Origin: a virus | Taxonomy: Duplodnaviria > Caudoviricetes | IMG/VR virus record: IMGVR_UViG_3300033487_000037 | Span: 1-25,445 of that record | Strand: one strand, 5' to 3' | Length of the DNA stretch: 25,445 nucleotides | Shown here: positions 7,919 through 15,605 of the stretch, in pieces | Layout of the letters: each line of letters opens with the position of its first letter | How positions within the stretch are numbered: the first letter of the stretch is position 1 | Translations under genes and position numbers: made by a program | Notes under the pieces: generated by a model | Database searches by the model: none | Seen by the model: only the letters and a program-made list of their open reading frames with translations | Told to the model about the DNA's origin: nothing

Positions 7919-9502
7919 CTACGACTTCGAGTCGTCCGACTTCTCCAGCGGATCGAGCGCCGCCATCGACAACTTGAAGGCATCGAAATCGGTCCCCTGG
8001 GAGGCGGCCTTGATGTCCTGCAGGTTGTCCGCCAGCTTGTTCAGGACGTCGGCCAGGGCCTTGTTGTCCATGCTCGGAGAGTTGACCCGGGAGATACCCC
8101 GGCGGCGCTCTCCCATCCCGTGCGGGACCTTCACCCGCACCACCACCCCCAGGCTCGGGATGGTGTAGAGAATCTCGTCGGCTCCGATGCTGTACTCGGT
8201 CCCTCCGGGCTTCGAGGGGCGGGGGTTGTTGCGGATGCTGGTCGTGTTCCCCGCGATGGTCGGGGCCTGGCCCACCGCCCTGATCGGGGCGTCGGCCTTG
8301 ATGCGTCCGCAATCCGCGCTGGTGCGGGTGGTCGACACGAAGTTGTTGACCAGCACGATGCCGGTGACGTTCCCAGTCCCCGCGCCGCCGCTCCAGTTCG
8401 CGTTGGCGGCCGTGGAGTCGACCGACGCGTTGTTCCGGCCGACGCAGTTGTTATGGCCGAAGAAGGCTGCAGTCCCGCCCTGAGCCACGCAGTTGCGGAC
8501 CGTGGCAGCCTGGTTGTTCATGTTGAATCCGTACTGACATCCGAACACCGAGCAGTTCTCGTAGACGACCGTCGCCGAATAGGCATTCTGGTTGCTGATC
8601 CCCTGCTGGACCATCCCGGAAACCATGACGTTCCAGACGTAGAGCTGCGCGCCCGACGAGTTGGTGGGCTGGCAGTAGACGCCAAACCCGCCGTATCCCG
8701 TATTGGCCGAAGTGCAGATGAGGTCGTGCAGCCTCACGACGCTCGTCGCGGAGTATCTGATCCAGAACATCATTACCGAATTGGTTCCGACATAATTGCT
8801 CTTCGCGTGGAGGTTCTTGATCTCCAATGTTCCGCCAGTCGTCGTGCTGACCGTGAAGTAGAAGAGCTGGCTGGTCGCGTTCGGAAGATTGATCTTGTAT
8901 CCTGCCGTCGGATTTCCGTAGTGCGGGCCGTTCGAGTTGAGCGTGACGGTCTTCCCGTTGAGCGACATCGTAATCCCCGACGGATTGCCGCTCTCGGTCG
9001 TGTCACTGATCTGGTTGTAGGTGTAGTTCCCGGACAGCGCGGACCCGGACGGGAAGTCGGCGATGGCGGCCGTCCAGTTGGTGTAGTTGCCGCCCGTGCC
9101 GACCGTATAGGTGCCGGGTACGGCCGAGTTCCAGTCGATGTCCGCCCACTCGACGCCCTCGGTCGTGGCGAAGATGCTCTCGGTGAGACCCGTGCCGTCG
9201 ATGACGTCGACCGACTCCGCACCGCGCCACGCCCCCACGAGTTCCATGTTCCCGAGCGCGGCCGCGAGCAGCTCGATGTTGATGTACTCCTTGCGGATCA
9301 GCGCCATCTCATCCTCGATGATGAGAGGATCGAGAGACGCTTCCGCGCGAGCCCGGAGAGACTCGGGGAGGTCGATGATGGCGTACACCTTCCGCATGGT
9401 GTCGCTCATCATCTCCGTGGTCGGGAAGATCGCGACGATCATGCCTTCCTTCATGCCCAGCGCGCCGGTCTGGCTCCCGACCTTCAGGACTGCACGGAAC
9501 AT
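7919..9502 (-). CDS. Pectin-lyase-like beta-helix protein with a C-terminal copy of the 71-aa post-capsid protein, 527 aa
   Basis: TYTVGTGGNYTNWTAAI beta-helix cap; Asn/Gly-rich rungs; SIGADE terminal motif; last ~73 aa align with ORF 13992-14207; GGGAGG RBS. Confidence 0.7.
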   Translation of the reverse strand: MFRAVLKVGSQTGALGMKEGMIVAIFPTTEMMSDTMRKVYAIIDLPESLRARAEASLDPLIIEDEMALIRKEYINIELLAAALGNMELVGAWRGAESVDVIDGTGLTESIFATTEGVEWADIDWNSAVPGTYTVGTGGNYTNWTAAIADFPSGSALSGNYTYNQISDTTESGNPSGITMSLNGKTVTLNSNGPHYGNPTAGYKINLPNATSQLFYFTVSTTTGGTLEIKNLHAKSNYVGTNSVMMFWIRYSATSVVRLHDLICTSANTGYGGFGVYCQPTNSSGAQLYVWNVMVSGMVQQGISNQNAYSATVVYENCSVFGCQYGFNMNNQAATVRNCVAQGGTAAFFGHNNCVGRNNASVDSTAANANWSGGAGTGNVTGIVLVNNFVSTTRTSADCGRIKADAPIRAVGQAPTIAGNTTSIRNNPRPSKPGGTEYSIGADEILYTIPSLGVVVRVKVPHGMGERRRGISRVNSPSMDNKALADVLNKLADNLQDIKAASQGTDFDAFKLSMAALDPLEKSDDSKS

Positions 9503-10140
9503 GCGTTAGCCTCCCTCGCGATGAAGCCTCTCAGGAATCGTTCATCGGTTCGCATCCACACGCTGAGCCGATGATGGATGGCATAGGCTCGCTCCACGAG
9601 CCCTGGCAGATCGTCCGGGGAGATGTTCAGAGTGGTGTACGGAAGCCTCGGAACATCCGGGAACGACTCCCGGGCCAGCCGCCAGGGTCCGTCGATGTCG
9701 AGGACCCGGTTGATTCTCGCTCTCGCCTCCTGGACCTTCTTGATGGCGCAGGCCAGCCACGGGTGCCCGGGCTCGGCTCCGAACCCGGCATTCTCGTCCC
9801 ACTCGGGATCGAGGTTCCTCATGCTGGTGAAGGCCCGCTTCCCTTCGAGCAGCGTGTCGAGTGGCCTCCGGCACTGCATGTCGCAGTCCAGATAGATCCC
9901 TCCGAACTTGTGCACCAGCTCGATGCGCGCGACGTCGGACTGAACGGTGGGATTGTCCACCTGGAACACCCACTCGTTCTCCAGCGCCGGAAGCTCGTAC
10001 CTGGACCAGAGCCTGATCTCCCAGTCCGGGTGCTGGGGAGCCCACGTGTCGAAGCACAGCCGGTACCGCTTCGGCATCTGGTCCAGGCCCTGCATCCAGA
10101 TGAAGTGAAGAATCTTCGGGATCACTCCCGGTCCCTTCAT
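9484..10140 (-). CDS. Glycosyltransferase, DXD sugar-binding (GT32/OCH1-like)
   Basis: IPKILHFIW, W..HPDWEIRLW, SDVARIELVHKFGGIYLDCD, GAEPGHPWL, YAIHH..SVW; start likely ATG 10140 or GTG 10125, not 10332. Confidence 0.9.
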   Translation of the reverse strand: MKGPGVIPKILHFIWMQGLDQMPKRYRLCFDTWAPQHPDWEIRLWSRYELPALENEWVFQVDNPTVQSDVARIELVHKFGGIYLDCDMQCRRPLDTLLEGKRAFTSMRNLDPEWDENAGFGAEPGHPWLACAIKKVQEARARINRVLDIDGPWRLARESFPDVPRLPYTTLNISPDDLPGLVERAYAIHHRLSVWMRTDERFLRGFIAREANACSVQS

Positions 10141-10145
10141 GCCAG

Positions 10146-10178
10146 TGGGGGAGCACTCCGTGTCCGAGTGCTCCCCCA
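10146..10178. repeat. Perfect 13-bp inverted repeat (hairpin)
   Basis: TGGGGGAGCACTC-CGTGTCC-GAGTGCTCCCCCA between the fibre stop and the glycosyltransferase start; no U-tract. Confidence 0.85.
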
Positions 10179-10201
10179 GGGCAGTCAGCCTCCGGCCAGG
10201 A

Positions 10202-11494
10202 CTACGACACCGTGTGGTAGTCGAGATCGACGATGTCGTCCGTCTCCAGGTTGAACCCGGCGATGACGCCGTTCCAGTACAGCACGTCGGTCGCGATGAT
10301 CGCCGAGAAGGCCCGGGCGGCGGCCCCGCCACCTCCCGCCACGGCGAAGTAGCAGTCCTTGGTGCGGACGCCGTCGCCGACCTCGTACTCGATCCCGTTG
10401 ATGTTCACGGACACCCGCCCGCCGTTGGGGGTGTAGGTGATGGCGATGCCAGTGGTCGCGTAGTCGCCGGACGTCGCCAGCGGGGCCAGCCCGGCGTCGC
10501 CGGAGGGCCGCTTCCCGACCTTGAGCTGTCCGGTCGACGCGTCCCCGGTGATGGTCTTGTCGTCGACCTTCACCGCGACGCCGTTGGCCGTGACGCTGAT
10601 CGCCTTGGCCAGGTTCGCCCCGCCAGTCGTATCGGGCTTGACCGACACGTTGTCGGTCACGATCTCGATGCCATTGCCGGCATTGACCTGCAGGTTGTTC
10701 GACCCGTCCTTGGAGAGTCCGGCCCCGGCCACCGCAGCCGCCAGCTTGATGCCGGTGATGCCGCCGTCCTTCACCCGGATGACGCCCGGCTCGTCCAGGA
10801 CGTCCGTGATCTCCAGGGTCGACCCGTCGACCTGGACCTCGATGTCGTCGGCGTTGACCTTGATCGCGCCGCCGGGCGCTCCGGCCCCGGTGCCGTCCTT
10901 CTGCCCGACGTTCAGGGTGTTCCCGGTCTTGGTCAGACCGGCCCCGGCCTCGATCGCACCCGCGCCGCTGAACTGGGTGAACGCCAGGGAGTCGGTGTCG
11001 ACCACGTCGTTCGGGGCATTGGTCGTACAGACCCAGCCCGTGTCGGCGTAGGTCGTGCCTTCCTCGACGAAGGTGAAGGACGACTTGGCGTGGCTTCCGG
11101 CCGCGAAGTCCGTCGGCCTCGTCCACGCGCCCGAGTGGGCGATCCAGATGCCGTTCTCGGTCGCCGGATCCTGCGCCGTCAGCAGGACGCGCTCGCCGTC
11201 GACGAGCGTCTTCTCGTCGATGGTCAGGAGACCGGTCGGCGTGCCGACGTCGGCGACCGCGACGACGCGGACCGAGCCCTTGATCTGGAGGCCCTGGGCC
11301 ACCCCGTCGACGTAGCCCTTGTTGACTGCCGACGTCGCGCCGGCAGGGGAGTTGGCGACCTGGACGTCGCCTGAGGCGAAGTTCCAGGTCCCGGTCTTGT
11401 CGACGTTCCCTGCGGTGATCGTCGTGGCGGCGATCTTCGCCCCCGTGATCGTCGCATCCTTGAGCTGCTTCCCCTTCAGTAGGCGAGCCGCCAT
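10202..11494 (-). CDS. Virion fibre / head decoration protein, 430 aa
   Basis: AVNKGYVD, SVRVVA, GERVLLTAQ..ATENGIW...WTR..DF, FVEEGTT...GW domain common in phage fibres; AGAGL/AGNGI beta-spiral-like repeats. Confidence 0.75.
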   Translation of the reverse strand: MAARLLKGKQLKDATITGAKIAATTITAGNVDKTGTWNFASGDVQVANSPAGATSAVNKGYVDGVAQGLQIKGSVRVVAVADVGTPTGLLTIDEKTLVDGERVLLTAQDPATENGIWIAHSGAWTRPTDFAAGSHAKSSFTFVEEGTTYADTGWVCTTNAPNDVVDTDSLAFTQFSGAGAIEAGAGLTKTGNTLNVGQKDGTGAGAPGGAIKVNADDIEVQVDGSTLEITDVLDEPGVIRVKDGGITGIKLAAAVAGAGLSKDGSNNLQVNAGNGIEIVTDNVSVKPDTTGGANLAKAISVTANGVAVKVDDKTITGDASTGQLKVGKRPSGDAGLAPLATSGDYATTGIAITYTPNGGRVSVNINGIEYEVGDGVRTKDCYFAVAGGGGAAARAFSAIIATDVLYWNGVIAGFNLETDDIVDLDYHTVS

Positions 11495-11507
11495 TTCCCC
11501 TCTCCCC

Positions 11508-11990
11508 TCAGATGTTGTACTCCAGGTCGATCAGGTCATCAGCTTCCAACTGATACCCAGCTATCGACCCATTCCAATACAGCCTGTCTCCTGACCGAAC
11601 GTCATCCCGCGCACGCGGGGTAGTTCCACCGTCTCCCGAGAAGTAGCAGGCATCCAGCTTCGACGCGTCTCCCACCGATACGCCGTGACCGTTCACTCGC
11701 ACGCGAACGGCACCCGTGGGAGTGTCGCTCACAGAATCCGAACTGGCAAGGCTTCCGTCCGAAGTAGTCGTGAGGGCCAGAAGGCCCTGTCCGCCCTTCG
11801 CCGGCTTCGAGATCCCTTCCCGCCAGATCGCGTTCCCCGGAGATGCGTCCACGCAGGTGAAGACGCGATCGTTCGAGACGTTGATCCAGCGTGAGCCGAC
11901 GGCCCATCCTTGAGATGAGTCGTCCGAAGGTCCTGGATCCCGAGTGGCCTTGAACGTGCATCGAGGCCCCGAGATTTGTGATCGCAGCAT
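11508..11990 (-). CDS. Short fibre/decoration protein sharing its C-terminal domain with 10202-11494, 160 aa
   Basis: DPGPSDDSSQGWAVGSRWIN..FTCVDA..AIW N-terminal motif; C-terminal CYF..G.GG...LYWNG.IAG..LE.DD..DL.Y. Confidence 0.7.
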   Translation of the reverse strand: MLRSQISGPRCTFKATRDPGPSDDSSQGWAVGSRWINVSNDRVFTCVDASPGNAIWREGISKPAKGGQGLLALTTTSDGSLASSDSVSDTPTGAVRVRVNGHGVSVGDASKLDACYFSGDGGTTPRARDDVRSGDRLYWNGSIAGYQLEADDLIDLEYNI

Positions 11991-12069
11991 GCCTCATGGT
12001 CCACTGGCCTCTTACCCGAGGCTCCACAGCTTCAATACCACACGCGGAGTCATCATGGCTCACGAGCAC

Positions 12070-12408
12070 CTAGATTTCGTGCTCCTCGATGACGATCGTC
12101 CCCTCGACCGTGACCCCTCCTCCGGTCCCGGTCGCCACCAGTTCCACATCCGCCCCGATCGGGAGCGGGATCGCCAGCACCTGCGCCCAGCTCGCCACGG
12201 ACACCGACCCGAGGTCGTAGGTCACCGGACCCCAGCCCTGTCCGTAGGTGACCCGGAGACTGAGGGCCAGTGTGCTCGGCCCGGCGACCTGCTTGATGCC
12301 GACAGACACGAGCTTCGACGGACGATTGACCTTGTTGGTCACCTTGAGGCTCAGCGCCGCCCCTGCGGCCGAGACGGCTCCCCAGACGTGCAGCGGTCCG
12401 ACTGCCAT
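12070..12408 (-). CDS. Hypothetical beta-rich protein, 112 aa
   Basis: GGAGG RBS; tightly packed after the adaptor; alternating hydrophobic pattern. Confidence 0.7.
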   Translation of the reverse strand: MAVGPLHVWGAVSAAGAALSLKVTNKVNRPSKLVSVGIKQVAGPSTLALSLRVTYGQGWGPVTYDLGSVSVASWAQVLAIPLPIGADVELVATGTGGGVTVEGTIVIEEHEI

Positions 12409-12423
12409 GCGAGACCTCCAACC

Positions 12424-13377
12424 CTATGCGAAGCCGATGTACGCCGGGATCTCGTCGATCATCTGCGTCAGGATCGAATCGACTTCTGAGTCCCCAGTGC
12501 TCATGGCTCCCGCCTCGAACCGCTCGCGCAGGAGCGAAGGATCGAGCTTGTACGAGTAGTTGTCCGTCTTCTCGGAGACGATCGCCTTCTGGATCTCGTC
12601 GGCCTGCTCGTCCTCGTTGCCGATCTTCGGGACCATGAGCTTCGTGAGCTTCATGGTGCAGTACCGGATCAGATCCGGAGTCCGTCCGTAGGTCTGGATG
12701 ATCTGGCCGGCCGTGACCGCCACCCGCAGCTTGTACGGATCGCCCTGGAAGAGCAGCCTGATGGGAGCCTCGGCGACCCCCGTGACGATCTGCTGGGTCC
12801 CGTCGGGGAAGATAGCGACGTCCCCCGCCTCCCATCCTGTGGTGCTGACGACCTGGACATCGCCGGCACCCTTGGCGGCGTCGGCTGCCACCGTGGCCTG
12901 CAGGTCCTTCGGGCTCTCCATCCAGCCGAAGACCCCCGTGAGCTTCACGTTCTGCCGGCCCTCGGGGAACCACACCTCGTCGTACTGCTCCTGGGGGATC
13001 AGCGCCAGGACCCCGGTCATGTCGGCGATCATCTCGATGAACCGGTTCCCCCGGGAGAGCTGGACGCCCGAGACGTCGACGTTGAAGACCCGGCGGTCCG
13101 GGAGCACCGACTCGCGCACACGGGCCGATCTTCCGGGCAGGATCTCGATCGCCGAGAGCTTGATGACTGGGACGAAGCCGGGCAGCCACACCATCGAGCT
13201 GTTCTGGCCGTCGACGTACTGCACATTCGACACCGGCCCGAACCACTGGCTGGTGTACATGTTGATCTTGGACGAGGCCCGTCGGATGAGCATGAGCGCC
13301 CGGTCATCCGAGCACTCAGCGGGGAGGATGTCCTCGTCCCGCAGGTCTTGGACCGTGCAATACTCGAAGTAGGCCAT
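12424..13377 (-). CDS. Head-tail adaptor/connector (gp6/gp15-like) with an inserted beta-barrel module, 317 aa
   Basis: YCTVQDLR, LIRRASSKINMYT..WF, FPEGRQNVKLTGVFGW, PDLIRYCTMKL, SEKTDNYSY, TGDSEVDSIL. Confidence 0.8.
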   Translation of the reverse strand: MAYFEYCTVQDLRDEDILPAECSDDRALMLIRRASSKINMYTSQWFGPVSNVQYVDGQNSSMVWLPGFVPVIKLSAIEILPGRSARVRESVLPDRRVFNVDVSGVQLSRGNRFIEMIADMTGVLALIPQEQYDEVWFPEGRQNVKLTGVFGWMESPKDLQATVAADAAKGAGDVQVVSTTGWEAGDVAIFPDGTQQIVTGVAEAPIRLLFQGDPYKLRVAVTAGQIIQTYGRTPDLIRYCTMKLTKLMVPKIGNEDEQADEIQKAIVSEKTDNYSYKLDPSLLRERFEAGAMSTGDSEVDSILTQMIDEIPAYIGFA

Positions 13378-13424
13378 GGCCCGCTCCTACCCCTGCACGG
13401 CTCCTGAGGCAGTCGGGTCGCCTA

Positions 13425-13946
13425 CTACTGCGGCTGATCGCTACCCGGCTTCTTGGTCGACTGCTGCCGGACTCGCTTCACCTTGAGCTTGGCCGGCTTG
13501 GCCGCCTCTGGAGCCGTCTGAGCCTCTACCGAGGCGTGCACCGCCGCTGGGACGGGCTCGACCTCGGCAACGTCCTCCGGGGAAGGAGTCGGCTCCTTGA
13601 CCGGGGGCGTCGGTGCCTTGGTGCTCACGATCTTCCGAGGAGCGGCCTGGGCGGCCGGAGCCGGCTCAGAGGCTGGTGCAGGCGCGGGCCTGGTCAGCTT
13701 CACGTAGGACTTGGGCGGGACCATGCCGTGGGCGGTGAAGGCCATCGGGATCGCGCTCGGTTCGCCGGGAGCTTCGTTCCCGTTCGAGTCGGTCTCCACG
13801 AACATATCCTTCATCCCACGGAACTTCTCGATGTCGATCGGCTCGGTGATGGAAACCGGAGCCAACCCCGAGAAGACGTAGAGCTTCCCCGTCCTGCGAC
13901 TACGGCAGTCGTACGTCGAGCCCGACTTCAGCTTGAAGAAGGCCAC
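13425..13946 (-). CDS. YqbF-like post-capsid protein with a Pro/Ala/Lys-rich tail, 173 aa
   Basis: N-terminal KLKSGSTY...F...V pattern and position after the capsid gene recall Bacillus skin-element YqbF; GAGGGG RBS. Confidence 0.5.
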   Translation of the reverse strand: MAFFKLKSGSTYDCRSRRTGKLYVFSGLAPVSITEPIDIEKFRGMKDMFVETDSNGNEAPGEPSAIPMAFTAHGMVPPKSYVKLTRPAPAPASEPAPAAQAAPRKIVSTKAPTPPVKEPTPSPEDVAEVEPVPAAVHASVEAQTAPEAAKPAKLKVKRVRQQSTKKPGSDQPQ

Positions 13947-13991
13947 AGGTCACCCCTCTCAGATTCGCGCTTACGCCCGACTCCGGACCAG

Positions 13992-14207
13992 CTAGATCCG
14001 CGAGTCGTCCGACTTGACCAGCACGTCGAGCGTCGCCATCGCCACCTTGAAGGCCGCGAAGTCGGCGAGCTGCGACGCCGTCTTGATCGCCGCGAGGTTG
14101 ACGGCCGCCTGGTTGAGCACGTCGGCCAGACTCGCCTGGTTGGACGAGCTGGCGCGGTCGATGCCCGCCAGGGCCTCACCGACGCGGTTCGGGATCTTCA
14201 CCGCCAT
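13992..14207 (-). CDS. 71-aa post-capsid protein (candidate capsid cement/anchor)
   Basis: GAGGAGGGG RBS; first gene after the MCP; paralogous domain conserved at 7919-8140. Confidence 0.8.
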   Translation of the reverse strand: MAVKIPNRVGEALAGIDRASSSNQASLADVLNQAAVNLAAIKTASQLADFAAFKVAMATLDVLVKSDDSRI

Positions 14208-14227
14208 GAGTCCCCTCCTCTACCCTT

Positions 14228-14259
14228 TGGGGGGTGCGAGGATGTCCCCGCACCCCCCA
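14228..14259. repeat. 11-bp inverted repeat downstream of the major capsid gene
   Basis: TGGGGGGTGCG-N10-CGCACCCCCCA, extendable by a G-U pair on the minus strand; no U-tract. Confidence 0.8.
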
Positions 14260-14281
14260 TCCGGTCCTGGTGTCCTGCGGA

Positions 14282-15577
14282 CTAGAGCGCCTGCCGCCGG
14301 ACGTTGATCCCCTTGACGATCGCGTCGATGTTCTCGACCTTGGCGTCCACCTGGTTGTAGACGATCGTCTCGATCCGGTCGTAGTTCTTGTTGAACTCCG
14401 AGAAGATCCTGGTCCCGGCGAGCATGCCGAAGATCAGGTTCATCGGGTTGGTCAGGAGGACGAATGAGCCCTCGTAGACCGTCCCGGCCGAGCCGGCGTT
14501 GTGGCCGGCGTAGGTGCCGGCGGTGAGGCCGGCGGTGGCGAGGAAGGTCGAGGCCCCGAGGATGATCTGGGCCGCCGCACCCGTGGTCGTCGTGTACAGC
14601 ATCAGCCGACCCTCACCGTCGTCGGCGGCCTTGATCGTGAGGATGGAGTTGGCCACGAGGTCGGCGTTGATCTGCCGGGCGATCTCGACGGTCTCCAGCA
14701 CCCCGCCGGTCAGCGGGACGACGCGGGTGGTCGTGCCGTCGCCGATGCTGATCTGGTGGTTGGTCCCGACCACCACGGTGAAGGGGCCGAACCGGTTGCC
14801 CTTGACCTGGCCCGGGGTGGCGACCAGGAGCGACAGGGCCTTGTCGTCCGGGATCAGCGGGACGGTCACCATCGGCTTGCCGAACGGGTTGAGCCCGGTG
14901 CCCTGGAGGGCGGCGTCGCCGGACGGCGTGCCGCGCTCGGACAGGAGGTTCATCCAGTCGTTGGCCAGCGTGTCGCTGACCAGCCACCGGAGACCCGGGT
15001 CCTGCTTGAACTGCTTCGGCATGGCCCGCAGCATGGCCGCGAAGAGGTTCTTCGACACCTCGTCGCCGTCGGCGTCCACGATGTGGGCGGCCGCCGTCTG
15101 GAGGTCCCAGCCGTTGAGCCTCTTGAGGAGGCGGCTGGTCGGGTCGGTGCCGACGAGGGACGAGTCGCCCTGGATGGAGAGCAGCTCCATGTCGGTCGCG
15201 ATCCGCTCCGACATCGTCTCCATCAGGTGGTCCTCGAAGCCCGCGCGCTCGATGTTCGACTGGAGCGCCTCGGTGGTGATGTGCCAGGCCGAGCGGACCT
15301 TCTCCGCCGAGAGCTGGACCTGGTTGAACACGCCACCGGCCAGGTTCCCGGTGTCCGCGTTCTCCTCGACGGACTCGGTCACCGGCTCGCTGATGTGCAT
15401 CTTGTCGATGTTGTACTTCGGGCTGGGCATGTTGACGAAGCGGACCATGCCCAGCAGCCGCGAGAACTTCTTGACGTAGGCGATGAACTGATCCTGCTGC
15501 GTCGGGTTCAGGTCCCCGCCCGTCAGGAACTTCGCGCTGTCGAACGTCTTCTCGATGATCTCCTGATTCGACGGCAT
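14282..15577 (-). CDS. Major capsid protein (HK97 fold, PBSX XkdG-like) with a ~120-aa insertion, 431 aa
   Basis: NQEIIEK, GGDLNPTQQDQFI, ITTEALQSNIE, DMELLSIQGD, LRAMPKQF, ERGTPSGDAAL, LLTNPMNLIFG; GGGAGGG RBS. Confidence 0.92.
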   Translation of the reverse strand: MPSNQEIIEKTFDSAKFLTGGDLNPTQQDQFIAYVKKFSRLLGMVRFVNMPSPKYNIDKMHISEPVTESVEENADTGNLAGGVFNQVQLSAEKVRSAWHITTEALQSNIERAGFEDHLMETMSERIATDMELLSIQGDSSLVGTDPTSRLLKRLNGWDLQTAAAHIVDADGDEVSKNLFAAMLRAMPKQFKQDPGLRWLVSDTLANDWMNLLSERGTPSGDAALQGTGLNPFGKPMVTVPLIPDDKALSLLVATPGQVKGNRFGPFTVVVGTNHQISIGDGTTTRVVPLTGGVLETVEIARQINADLVANSILTIKAADDGEGRLMLYTTTTGAAAQIILGASTFLATAGLTAGTYAGHNAGSAGTVYEGSFVLLTNPMNLIFGMLAGTRIFSEFNKNYDRIETIVYNQVDAKVENIDAIVKGINVRRQAL

Positions 15578-15605
15578 GTGTGATTCCCTCCCCTATCTCG
15601 TGGCG

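Noticed and set aside
10141-10332. Extended ORF-track starts (10332 for the GT; likewise 1684 and 7918)
   Set aside because: They overlap upstream genes or regulatory gaps; downstream starts fit the RBS, coupling or domain boundaries better.
12030-12050. Possible extended -10 promoter (TGGTATTGA) upstream of the 160-aa gene
   Set aside because: Lacks the conserved final T of the -10 and has no -35; too weak to call.
7919-14207. Diversity-generating retroelement TR/VR pair behind the duplicated module
   Set aside because: Differences are not adenine-specific and include an indel and many synonymous changes; both copies are coding; no reverse transcriptase in the window.
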